64,000 bases of DNA from Antedon mediterranea (taxonomy: Eukaryota > Animalia > Echinodermata): the NCBI RefSeq assembly GCF_964355755.1, contig NC_092676.1, forward strand, positions 23,950,871-24,014,870. Direction: 5' to 3'. Of the stretch, positions 36,174 to 49,200 are shown in pieces. Under the pieces are notes generated by a model. That model was not told the origin of the DNA and did no database searches. It saw nothing but the letters and a program-made list of their open reading frames with translations. Each line of letters opens with the position of its first letter. The stretch's first letter is position 1. A program made the translations under genes and the position numbers.

Positions 36174-38966
36174 ATGGAAGTTGTGCGTTATCTTTTTCTT
36201 TTCTCTTTAATTTTTGAGCTTGAAGGAGTGGCGGTGGACTCAGAACAGAAGCTGCTGTTCATATTAGTTGATGGATTGAGATACGACTATATGGACAATG
36301 CGAATACTCCTAACCTGGACGAGATGGCTAAGCAAGGAGTTAGGGTGAATTTTTTAACAAATGTCTTCCCTACTATGGTACCATCTAAAGTATCTTTAGT
36401 TACAGGTAGGTCAATCTTTTAAAAGCTTGTATCAACGTTTTGTATAGTATTGTAGGCTATATTTTTGTATTTATGTATATATTTTTAAAAACATAGTTCA
36501 TCCGTTTTTCTTTTTCCATATAATTATGTTTTTTTTATATGAGGGCCCCTTGATTGTCAGCATATGATGTTTAGGGTCACCCTCACTAAATAGTTTAATA
36601 AAAATAACAAAATCAAAATCGAGTGTGGTTATGGAATGAATACATAAATACATATAGGCCTAAAGGGGGTCTTTAATTCCTTCGTAAATTATAATTTAAT
36701 ACCAAGTATGTTTGTTTAAAAGGTAGCTATTAGTATACATAGAGTCTAAGAACTCGACAAAGTAAAATGCCACACGCTATAACGCATAACGTGATGATAT
36801 TAGAAAACACGAAACTGTTTCTCCATATATCGTATTTATTACTGAGACGCTTAATTGTGCCAGATTGTGTGATTGGGGTATAGAAATCACCATTTACAGT
36901 AAAGTATATTTTTGCAAATTATGAGAAATGACACTAAATTTGCATTGGTAATTCCCAGTATAGGCCTACCCTCTCAGCTGACTGAGTTGTTTTATGTCTC
37001 CGTATGAATATCATCGTCATAGCGTAAATATGCATAATCAATTTCGTGTCGAAAATCAATTTGCAATACTAATAGGCTTGAGTATAATTCTAATATTATC
37101 TTTGAGGAAATAACTTTGTCATTTTTTTTTAAATTTTTCTTTGCATTTGTGTTGTGAAGATCATATGTAGGACCAAACTTAAAGCCTTGGCTTAATGCGT
37201 CCTCCTCACACAATTATATTGATTAATTTATGTTCTGTATTATATTGTATAGGCCTATTGTATTGTGTGAAACTTTAAGATCATGCTAATGTCTTTCAAC
37301 GGTTTTAATGTTTTTTCATTGTTATATTTATTATCATTTTATCTATCTTATTTCTAAATCAGGTTAAAAAATTATTTTGTTTTTATCTGAAATAGGTTTG
37401 TATCCAGAAAGTCATGGTCTTGTCCATAACACGATGTATGACAGTGTTCATGATTCCTATGCAATGGCAATCAACCGAAACGAAAGTTATTGGTGGAACG
37501 CTGGGATCTCTGAGCCTATATGGGTAACGGCTCGAAAGCAAGGCAAAATAAGTGGATCTGTTGATTATTTTGGAGGATTTGCAGAGATCGATGGTGTGGG
37601 AGCAAATAACTTCACTGATAACCGTTTTGCAAACCTTAGCACAAAAATGAATATAGCAATAGACTGGCTGAACAAAGGTACGGATGTTGTAGTGTTAGAA
37701 TGGAAACGGCTCGATCTCATAGCGCATTTTTCGGGTCCAAACTCTACAGACATTAAAGATAATTGTGAAGAATTTGATAGAAATATCGGTTATCTACGAG
37801 AACAAATTCGTAAGTTAAAATTGCAAGATGAATTGAACATAATTATCGCGGGTGATCATGGGATAACGGAGATATCAAATAAAAATGTAATTAATCTTAG
37901 TGACTTTATTAATCTGGATGACACATTAGCATACATAGCAGACAGTCCAGTGGCCATGATTTTACCGAAAGATGGCTTCTTGGAGAGTATGTATAGTAAG
38001 TTGGTGAATGCTCACCCGAATATGAAGGTTTACAAGAAAGAGGACGTTCCCGAATACTATCATTATCGTGGACATTACAGAATTCTTCCAATCGTTGCCA
38101 TCGCCGATCTGCCCTGGATGATTTTAGCAGTAAGTTTCACCTTTTCTTTTTAGGCCTATTTTATTTCATTTATTTCGTCAATAAGGAAAACAAAGACAAG
38201 TTTAAAAACTTGACGGGTTCACCAAATTGCATTAAGTAGCCCTATCGAGGGACAATCTATTATATAGTAGAACCTCTCTTTTGGAATAGCCCTATTAGTT
38301 AAGCGTCACTTTCGAATGAGGGGGATATGTTTTAACACTACAGCCAACCTCTATCGAGGGAAAATCTATTGTTGGGGAAAATAGGGGTTACTACTGTATA
38401 AATAAACATTTATGGTTTTTGTTGTCGAAAAGAGATACGCATTGCCGTCTCTTTCTTTTCTAAAACATTATTCCAAGCCCATCGCCAAAACTTTATAAAG
38501 CTCTGTCTACCATATTATACTAGTTTGACAAAAACAAGTGTTTAGAGCTTCATACTCCTTTGTTAAACTCTTCGTACTTAACAATATATCGAGAGGTGGT
38601 TAACTTGGATGTTTCTTTCAGAATGGCACTGACGTGGGCGACCACCTTGCTGACCACGGGTTCGACAATCAAGAGCTGTCAATGAAGTCTATGATGTTGG
38701 CAGAAGGTCCGTCGTTCAAGACTAACTTCACGATTGACTCGTTGAACGCCATCGACATGTACGAACTAATGTGTAGCATATTACACCTGAAGGCAGCTCC
38801 CAATAATGGCTCTCTGTCGAACATCAAGGATATATTATCATACAGTGTATCATCAGCCGCCGACCGCCACAAGGACGACGACGACACATCAGCTGCAAGT
38901 GTTTCTACTATTCTCACACTAATGTATCCAGTTTTATTTATGTTGTTTTTCCTCTTAAATAACTGA
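36174..38966 (+). CDS. Ectonucleotide pyrophosphatase/phosphodiesterase family protein, ENPP7 (alkaline sphingomyelinase)-like (~436 aa; exons 36174-36405, 37396-38129, 38622-38966)
   Basis: Signal peptide; KLLFILVDGLRYDY, TG|LYPESHGLVHN, EPIWVT, DLIAHFSGP, GDHG and HGFDN motifs; hydrophobic C-terminus (GPI signal or TM). Confidence 0.93.
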
Positions 38967-39359
38967 TTATGTTTCTAAGGTATTGTGGCAAAGTACGTCT
39001 AAAGCTCTGTCAACACAAACCTTTTGTGAAAAAAAGTGATGTGCCCATATATGATCATGATGACGTCATACCACTACAATATTTGGGCATATCACTACCA
39101 TATTTGGATACATCACACATTTTTATCAAACTACTTTGATAGTGTAGACAGAGCTTAAAGTTCTCAATTAGAAGAATTCATTTCACCTGAACCGATGAGG
39201 TGAAATGGACCCATAGCATGTTTACACAATGACGTCATTTATAATGCAAAATAATATAACCAGTTATTATACTTATTTTAAAGGGATATCATTTCCCTTC
39301 AATTTGCATGATTGTTATGTTTTGATATAAGCGTGTGTACATAACCATGTTATGCCTAA

Positions 39360-39538
39360 AGCTTGGTTCCCACTAGAACGTAACGCAAGGACGTCAACGC
39401 AACGCAAGCGTTTTAACCAATGACAAGCGAAGTTATAGACAGTTAGCAGTCACAAGCGAATAAGCCATCGCTTATGATTGGTCAATTCACTTGCGTTGCG
39501 TTACGTCCTTGCGTTGCGTCGCTAGTGGGAACCACGCT
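39360..39538. mobile_element. MITE family 2 (other copies at ~16235-16412, ~31611-31788, ~54740-54888; degenerate at ~7788-7851, ~12133-12428, ~35255-35383)
   Basis: TIR AGCTTGGTTCCCACTAG...CTAGTGGGAACCACGCT, TAA duplication, internal ACGCA repeats; copies nearly identical. Confidence 0.92.
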
Positions 39539-41435
39539 TAAAGGTCCATTCCCTCATGTTTATTATCGATTAAGTGATTGATGTTTGGTATTTATTTCAG
39601 TTTTTGTCTTAAGTTCATGCACTGCAATGACGTTTTCCTAAACTGTGCAACAATGGAAAATTAAGAGGTTGCGATGTACTTTTTTAGAGAAAAACAATTA
39701 ATTGAAATGTTAACCTCTTTGGTGATGAGAAACATACATTCAAAGACCGTAAAGACATTAAATAGGTATTCCAATCGGTAAATGTCAATATTCCTATTCA
39801 GAAAGAAAATAAAATTTTACTTTCTTTTATATAGTTAATTAAATATATTTAAATTTATATCATTCACTGTTACGGTAATTGTTATAAAAATACTACTAAT
39901 TAAATATAAGTTATATCTACACTATCAAACTTTATGTGAAAAAATGATGTGCCCATATATGGACACGATGACGTCATATCACTACCATATTTGGACACTT
40001 CACACTTTTTTGTCAATTTAGATTGATAGTGTAGACAGAGCTTTACATTTGAAAAACAAAATAGTATTTTAGAATTTTACTACATAGTTTAAGATGGTAT
40101 CTTTATAATTATTTAAACACTTTTACACCGATATTTACACAACTTGAACGTTTGATAAATAAAAAACAATAAATAGAAATGTAAGCATTTATTTATTTAT
40201 TTATTTTAGTCTGAAAACGGAAACTATATCCATAATTAATTATATTTTATACAGACATTTAAAATTACCTGCATCTCTATCAAACTGTCAAAGGTATGCT
40301 ATTCTTTTACTTTATATTGTGTCCTCCACTAGACTCATCCATTGTGTCATCCTCGTCCTCATGGATGGAGTGCCCTAGGTAACTATAATATTTAGGTTAA
40401 AGGCCAATTTACACTGACGGGCGGTAACGGTAAGATTCTATTGGAAAAACTACGCGGTTTTCCGCTTATACCCGCTCGTCTGTGTAAATTGGCCTTTATA
40501 ACAAAAATGTTACATAGTTTTTGTGTCCTCATGGCTATAGGCCTAAATATCATTTTATATTAAAAGGATGTGATGTTTATATAAAAGCACAGACTAAAAA
40601 TCATCACAAAACACGTTTTTTGAAGGGTGTTTTTAACATCAATTTCAGGATATGCTTGTATGAAGATAGCAGGCCCGTCGGAAGCGGTAAGACCGTCAGG
40701 CCTTGGCTTTACCAACATTCTCAGTATTCTAGTAACATATGATGTGAATTCTTTTATTAGATCCAGCACATTTAGGATTCTCACGTCTTACCGTACAAGT
40801 TAATGTCCGGATAGCTCCTATATAGTCATGTAAACTACCTAGATATCAACAAAGGGTCTATACAGTTCAGTAATGCCCCTAAACGTAACGCCTACATTTA
40901 TTAACTTGCATTTAGTTAGTTATTAATTAACTCTCACACGTTTTATTTCAAAATGTCCTGACCATTCTAAATTTGCTTCCGACAGGCCATGGATATATTG
41001 TGAAATATCATACGAGTCTTATTATCAGTGTAATACTAATATTCATGCATTCTTTGCTTATTTATAAATCAACAATGTTTCATGCATTTAAATTCAGTTT
41101 CCCAGAAGCGATCCAAATTTAAATATTTAAAGCTTTTTTGACGCGTTTATGTTTCGTCAAGCGAACGTCGACAAAATATGACGCGGCGTGTTGGTCTAAA
41201 GCCTTGTCTACACTATCAAACTTTATGTGACAAAAAAAGAGTGATGTGTCCATATATGGACACGATAATGTCATATCACAACTGTATTTGGGCATATCAC
41301 TACCATATCAGAATTTCTATGTTTTTTTCTTAAAACAAATGACAATAAATGATACTTGACTTTACTTGATATTTGGGTACATCACAATAGTTTGATAATG
41401 TGGACAAAGCTTTACACGTCATTTTCTAGACTTAA

Positions 41436-41617
41436 GGGTCTTTCACCCCTGTTCCGGCACGGTTCCGGTCCGGCGCCGGAAAATCCAATCGAACGCCAAT
41501 GTTTCGTTTTCACGCGGCTACGCACATATCGATTGGCGCATAGCCGCCGCGTGAAAACGAAACATTGATGTTCGATTCGCAGGACCGGAACCGTGCCGGA
41601 ACAGGTGTGAAAGACCC
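41436..41617. mobile_element. MITE family 4, GC-rich fold-back element
   Basis: TTAA-GGGTCTTTCACCCCTGTTCCGGCACGGTTCCGGTCC...GGACCGGAACCGTGCCGGAACAGGTGTGAAAGACCC-TTAA; nearly fully palindromic. Confidence 0.88.
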
Positions 41618-42619
41618 TTAAGTCAGGTTTGGGTTGGGGGTTGTGCCGTTTTGGATTTACAATTTGGATTTGGATCAAAGTTTTTAAATTAAGTTATTGA
41701 TACTACTTCATTGAAAATCCGAATCGTTCCATTTATTACATGTGCACAGACATGGACGAACAGTCACAGCTTTAATATTTAGCAATACCGTAATAATATG
41801 ATAGACCTATTAGGACCAATATATAATTGTACATGTACATTATAATATAACTCGTGTCCACTGGGAACAACGCATAATGACCAAATCACATGCAGAAAAC
41901 ATATAACATTAAATAATATATTCTACATACAGTACGTTATCATGAAAGAATTTAAAATATGAAATGAAAATATCACACACAGCAAGTACAAATTTAAAAT
42001 ACGTAAGCTTGAACGGATTATCGGTAATACACTGACTTAACAGCCATAACATATTTACGTTAAATTATTACGGTATTTACAACAAATTATTTTCCATTAA
42101 GGCACTGTATAAGCAAATGATACGTTAAAATTATTTTAAAACTAATAAATTAAATCAAAGCTATAATTTGAAAGCATTGAAATGAAAATAGACGTTCTTA
42201 CTTATAGACAAGTTTATCACAAGTATATTAAAACATATTTCTATATATTTCGCAATTTAAAAAAGAAAGCGACTAGAACCATTCAGGGCCCATATATGGA
42301 CATGATGATGTCATATCACTACCATATTTGGGCATATCACTACCATATTTGGCCACATAACACTTTTTTTTACAGTAAGCAGACTGAAATAGTTATATCT
42401 TTATCTTCTGAGTACAGTACAAGTGTCTCTTAGTCGAAAATATTGTATAATGAATGGTCTTTGCACTTTTTATAATACAAGACAATCATACAGTCAATTA
42501 ACTTGGCAACTTCATGTTTTACAAAGACGAAATGAAAATATAGAGCTATGTGTTTTTAGAGATCATGTCACAATTGTTGAAACAAACTAAGAAGACGTGT
42601 CACATAATTAATATTCTAA

Positions 42620-42779
42620 AGCTCTGTCTACACCATCAAACTAGTTTGACAAAAAAAGTGTGATGTGCCCAAATATGGTAGTGATAGGCCCAGGTATGGT
42701 AGTGATATGACATCATCATGTCCAAATATGGGCACAGCACATTTTTTGTCACATAAAGTTTGATAGTGTAGACAGAGCT
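42620..42779. mobile_element. MITE family 1, representative full-length copy (~160 bp). About 20 copies or fragments in the window, near 13483, 21388, 22565, 23240, 24678, 25898, 32826, 33933, 38499, 39003, 39910, 41200, 42290, 43761, 45627, 46487, 47717, 56710, 56890, 57595, 63863
   Basis: Perfect TIR AGCTCTGTCTACAC...GTGTAGACAGAGCT, TWA flanks, internal CCAAATATGGTAGTGATAT repeats, no coding capacity. Confidence 0.92.
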
Positions 42780-44854
42780 TTAAAAGGAAACTTCCAATAA
42801 TGGCTTAATAGTATTACTAATCTAGTAAAAAAATAAATAAATAAAATAAAAATAAATAAAAAAAAAATAAAATAAAAAAAAGGGTGTAATTTTTTATATA
42901 GTTTATTACATGCATTATTTAAATTTTTAATTTATTGAACTAAAACGTATACGGTACCAATACCCGCATTAACATTTTTAATAACACATTATTGTACAGT
43001 AGGCCTACACAGTTCAATTGTATCTAAATTCAATTCGTACGTGTGAATCTAGGATTACTTCTATAGTAATCCTAACTCTTAACACGTTATTCATTATCGA
43101 ATATTGAAAACCATTAAATATGCGTATTTGGAGAATGTTATGTCATCGATATCGCGGTAGTATAATTAGGCAAAATTCCCTCAAAAGAACGGTGTGAAAT
43201 CATAATTAAGAAAGCGTCTTGGGGGTCCTTGGAAACTGCAAAATGTTATTACAATTCATAATTTCACCTGATTATCCATAAATTACATGGGTAATTAAGA
43301 TACTGTAGGCCAACTGGATTTACATTCTATTCAAATTACAGGCATATGCATGAATTTAGAAGGTTATATATAGACATTACTATATATAGCATAAACATAT
43401 ATTACGGTTTACTAAATGTATGAATGGTAACAAATGATTTGATTATTTACTGGCAAAAAAAGGATACAAATAAATTATTTAAAATGTTTAAAATAAGTTC
43501 CACACAGTAGACTAAACTCCTCATTTGGGACATCATAGAGATATTCACTATAATATCTCTATGGGGACACTCGGGAGACATTATTAAAGGGACAGTTTTC
43601 GGGTTTGAAGACGTCGACTGTACAAGCGTATTATTTGGACAATTATTAAAACTGAAACGTTGTGACATTATGACAATTAGAGCATCAGAATAAAGCTACG
43701 TCCACACGGCCGATAACGGCACCATCTTTCGTTCCGTAAAACGAAACAAGTGTGAGCTTAAAGTTCTGTCTACACTATCGAACTAGTTATTTGACAAAAA
43801 CAAAGTGTGTTGTGCCCATTTATGGTAGTAATATGACATCATCGTGTCCGTATATGGGCACATAACATTTTTTTATCACATAAAGTTTATAGTGTAGCCA
43901 AAACTGTAAGCATTGATACCGCAAACCTAACATTATGTAATAGTACACATAGTAACAGTTCTAACAACATATGCTGGACAATTTAGCAAACCTAGGAACA
44001 CAAATTGGACTAATGTCAATCAAGATGCGAGCTAAATCCGCATTACATGCATGCCTTAACGACAATTTTCTCATGACCATTTACAAAGTTGATACAATCA
44101 TATCTCTGTAACGACCACAGTAAATTGACAAATGATTACTATGCTATTTCTAGACACAATTTACTGTAATTGGTATCGTTTTTACTTCAATAAAATTGCA
44201 TTACGATTTATACAAAACAAATATTAGTCGGTAAAAACATGGTGCCTCGATGGTGGAAAAAAACAACATTAGATGGAAATGTTTACGATATTAAAGACTA
44301 AATTCTCTGTTACCTTCGTGATGAAATAATGGGATAGCATTCAAAACAAACTACTCCAATTGGGTGTTTTTTTTTCCATTTAAACAGCCTTCTGTATGTG
44401 AAATAAATGAAAAAGGGGAGCATAACAACTGTTCGGATTTTTATAATAGCTAAGACATATGAATACAATGGTATATAAATCATACTGTCAAATTATACAA
44501 ACAGTGCTCATATTCGGAACATGAATACAAGGTATATTTACGATGAATATTTAAGCAGATTGAGCATTTGTTTTATTTTACCTGGGGGTAAATATCTTTA
44601 CCGTACGATAATACGATAATATGTTCTCTGGATTACAGATTAGTAAGTTTATGGTACTGTGTATGGATAAATTGAATAAATATGTTTACAGTACTACTAC
44701 TATACAGTGACAAGATATTTATAAGCAGGTAATAATCATGGAGTAAAGTACTCCATGTAATAATCAATGATCTGGTTGTTTTGTGATATCGAATTCTAAA
44801 TTACTGGACAATTCAAGAACAGCATCTCGACAGATTGAAACTGAATACTGTATT

Positions 44855-45310
44855 TCTTATTACCTGGGGCTAACTTTAAAAGTCAATACTTTAGACTGAA
44901 TAGGATTGACTGTTTGAAAATGTAAAAACTACTCAAGGTTTATTTAAAATTCTGTATAAAGCAAAAACTATATACTGGTCAATTTAAACTGACCAATGGA
45001 TAGATTTAAATTGACTATTGCATATTACCTGGGGCTAACTTTAAAAGTCAATACTTTAGACTGAATAGGATTGAATATTTTAAAAGAGTAAATAATTCTC
45101 AAGGTTTATTTAAAATTCTGCATAAAGCACAAACTGTAGTGGTCAATTTAAGATTACCATCTGGAAAGATTGAAATTAACTATTGCTTATTACATGGAGC
45201 TGACTTTAAAAGTCAATACTTAAAGACAGAATAGGATTGAATTGTTTAAAAAGTAAATAATATGAAAGGTTTATTTAAAATTCTGCATAAAGCACAAACT
45301 GGTCAATTTG
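44855..45310. repeat. Tandem repeat, ~165-bp unit, ~2.7 copies
   Basis: ATTAC(C/A)TGG(G/A)GCT(A/G)ACTTTAAAAGTCAATACTT recurs near 44860, 45024 and 45189. Confidence 0.88.
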
Positions 45311-46269
45311 GTTTATTTTACTAGCTCTCGGTGTAGCCTAGCTACAAGAAGCTACGTTGGGAACAAATGTAAAATGTCATTGTGGTCTCTAAAAAATTCA
45401 ATACACAAAACATCCTACTCACTTCAATAAACATTCTTGAGACTAAAAATGACAAAAATGTACAAATGTTAAAAAATCTAGTTAAAATGTAAATACTATA
45501 TAAACTCTTCACAAAGCACCACAGAAATCTATTCATAACATTCATAAAATCAAGGTATATATTAAAATTACTGTATTTGACATAGTATACTTCATAGAAA
45601 TAATCCGGGATGGGATGATACTCAAAAGCTCTGTCTACACTATCATATATGGACATGATGAAGTCATAGCACTACCATATTTGGGTATATCACTACCATA
45701 TTTGGGTATATCACTACTGTACAATATTTGGGCACATCACACATTTTTTGTCAAATTAGTTTGGAAGTGTAGACAAAGCTTAATACTGCCTTTTAAATTA
45801 TTGATGCGACATATGTTGTACCATTTCAGGTCTTTGGTGAGTCGTTGGTTCGTGACGGTAGACTGTGATGGTTGTGGAACGTGGACGAACTACACGTTAA
45901 TTATAATTCGCCCCAAAAACTGCGCTATTGATTATCAATAGTGTTCGTAAAACCATAGAACTGTTATAGTTCCATGGTAAAACTGAGTAACTAACAGTGA
46001 ATAATTTCGCCAGTGTAGCATAGCAAAAAGCTATACAAAACAACCTTATTGCTACACATTTCTAAAATTGTGTAGCAAAAAAGACAATACAAAACTATGT
46101 TTCTCGACTAAAAAATCAGTTTGATTAGCAATAATTGCTAAACAAAATTTTAAAATGAAATTTTTCCCTGACTAAATCAGCACGTAGAATTAAGAGCATA
46201 CTTTGTCAAATACGTCAAATATGGTTCTTTTGTTCTAAAATATTTTGTCAATAAAAAGGACCATTTGAC

Positions 46270-49200
46270 TCAATAACGATACTTTGTTCGGACACTCGCT
46301 CTGTCAGCTGACTGCGTTCTGATGCGAGATTTAACGTTGCCAATATCGCAATTCGTTCTGACTGTGGAACTGAGGGGGCGATGACCCCTAAATCCTGCAC
46401 CCTGAAAAGAAAACAAAAATATTATATTTGCTTAAAATTAATAATCTGGATAACAGAATGGTATAGAACAGTATGCATGATTGTAAAGCTCTGTCTACAC
46501 TATCAAATAGTTTGACAAAAAAAGTGTGATATGTGCCTAAATATGGTAGTGATCATCATATCCATATAAGGGCACATTTTGTTATCACATAAAGTTTGAT
46601 AGTTTAGACAGAGGATAACAGTATGATAAGTTAAATGGTTTGCCCTACGTAATTATGCTGAATGCTTAGTATATAAAAACAATGTGTGGAAATATTCGCA
46701 AATCTTTGGTTGTTCACAACTCAGTATAATTATGTCAGAATAGGGAAAATAGTAATCTATCTTGGACACAATATTAACAGAATGGTAGGATTATTTGTGC
46801 ATAATCTTAATTAATATTACACAAATGTCTCACTCTCTATGCACAATGTATCATTACACATGCATGCTTAATAAGCAGCCTTGGTTGGATCAGGGAGATG
46901 TAAAATAAATTTATTTACATCTCCCTGGTTGAATCATGATTATAATTACAAGTCAAATGGTGTACAAATTGCTACCTGGTAAGGTCAAGACAAAACTTTT
47001 CGCTGATTATCTATCTGCATTATGTGATTATGTTTCCATACATGTTTGATAAAAAAAATGACCGGGGTAATAATATGTACAACGCTTAGAGGTTTCATAA
47101 CATTCGGCGCTTTATAAATCCAGGATATGATTATTAATAGTAACAGTATTTAGCTCCTTCATGCAAATAAATATACGGTATTTATTATAGGTAAAATAAT
47201 TATTGTCATGTTGGTGCAGTAGCCGCTGCTTTCTTTTCATATTGACGCAAAGTGCTGTACTGTAGTGCACAATCACAAGTGGGAACCGACAATGCAAGTG
47301 ATGCAAATATCACAGGTTTGATTTTATGCAGACAGCACAATTATGGAGGGCATTTTCTTATGTTGCCTAGTGAGAATCAAGCCTAGGCTCAGTGCTACTA
47401 CTAGTATAGTATCTGTCAAATACATACCCCAGTTGATAATCCCTTCTTACTCGGTGGAGCATATGTTGCACTCAGTGGAGCATATGTTGCACTCAGATGT
47501 GATGTTGCTTCAGATGTTACTGAGAAAAAAAAACAAAATTTAGTACAATAGCATACTCGAGTATAGTCCCACCTCTTAATGTTGGTTACAAGGATACAAG
47601 ACTTTGGTAAATTCTATTGTTGATGTTATCTGATAAAAATCCCACCTCATAAATGTTCACAAATTTCATACTGGAACATATATGTTATACACAATAAATA
47701 AGGTACTATAATGTTAAGCTCTGTCTACAAAATGAATATTTATGCGACAACAAATCGTGTCCATATATGGATCTGATGATGTCATATCACTACCATATTT
47801 AAGCATATAACTACCATATATGGACACATCACATTAGTTTCATAGCGTAGACAGAGCTTAATAGCTTAAGGAAAATTCAAATTTAATAAAGATTTAAAGA
47901 CAAATAGTACAAGCAAATTTTAATATAATAATGTTAGAATTACTTCTTAATCTTTCATTTAAACGGTCTAATGACTCCATTAGTCGTTGCTCTTCTATAG
48001 AGAGTGAACTGGGTCCTAAAAAGAAAAAGATATATTATTATTACACAATATATTCTAGACTAGGTTCTATCCCATAATTAGTAATGATAATATTTTGGCA
48101 CATATGGCGTTTTGTACATATAATATAATTCTCACAATTAAAAATCGAAACAGGTGCACTAACATAAAGACTTGGAGAAAGTCTAAATATATTACATACA
48201 CATTTTTATTTTTAAGAATTAAAAAAGAAAAATGCACTGAATCATCTCCAATAATATTTATTTCCATATCATTCCATAATAAATTGATATTGTTTTGGCT
48301 TCGAGGCAAAGTCTAATTGCTTCGCAGATACATTTACATACTGTAAAAGGTTAAGTACAATTTTCATACTTTACAATTGTTGAACATTTATAGTATTCAA
48401 AGGTCTTAATTATAAATTCTTATTATTATAATTTTTTTGCATACATTAGTGTTTTAGTCATTGACAGTTGACACTAAACCACATTGAAAAGAATAATATT
48501 TTTAGTATTTTTTGTCTACTAGTAATCACCATAGAAATTTGTTTCAAGTATTAAGGGAAATATTTAAGCTCTAGAGGGGGTAGTTTAATTTAGCTTTAAC
48601 GTTTATTACATTATTGCACTTTTTAATATCTAAAGAGAATTTGTTTAAATGTCAAGGTTAATACTCGGTCGAAGAGAGCAACAATTTAAGAGTTTCTAGA
48701 CGAGAGGTGTCCATAATGTGAAAAAGATCGGACACAGGAAACGGGTAACCCTCAAGCAATACATATTTGCATACATATGAGTGGCGTAACTGCTATGAGC
48801 TATCACTGTCTAAACCCAGGGTCCCGGAGCTTATGGGGGCCCCTGAGCAGTGCTAAGAGGAAAAAACAGGCATTAATATATGTTGAAAAATCTAGTGTCG
48901 AGTACACCAGCGTTGGAGGGCCAGTTAGGGTTTCTAAACCTGGGGAATCAGGCATCTGCGTTATGCCACTGATACATACTTATCTATCAACCGATTGTAT
49001 TTTTTAAGCTAGTAGTGAAGAAACAACATAGCCAATAAACTTATAAATCAAATATATATATATAAACAATAATATACTTGAAGAAAAGTATGGTAAATTG
49101 ATACCTTTCATATCTGGCCTAGTAGATTTCTTTTGCTGATCTATGGCTGCTGCAATCTCATTTTCACTCAAATCATCTTGAGCTAAACGTTCAGCTTTTT

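Noticed and set aside
45342-45941. Short ORFs of about 100 aa (also 15987-16298 and 41412-41678)
   Set aside because: They overlap MITEs or AT-rich sequence, have no protein motifs, and are likely spurious.
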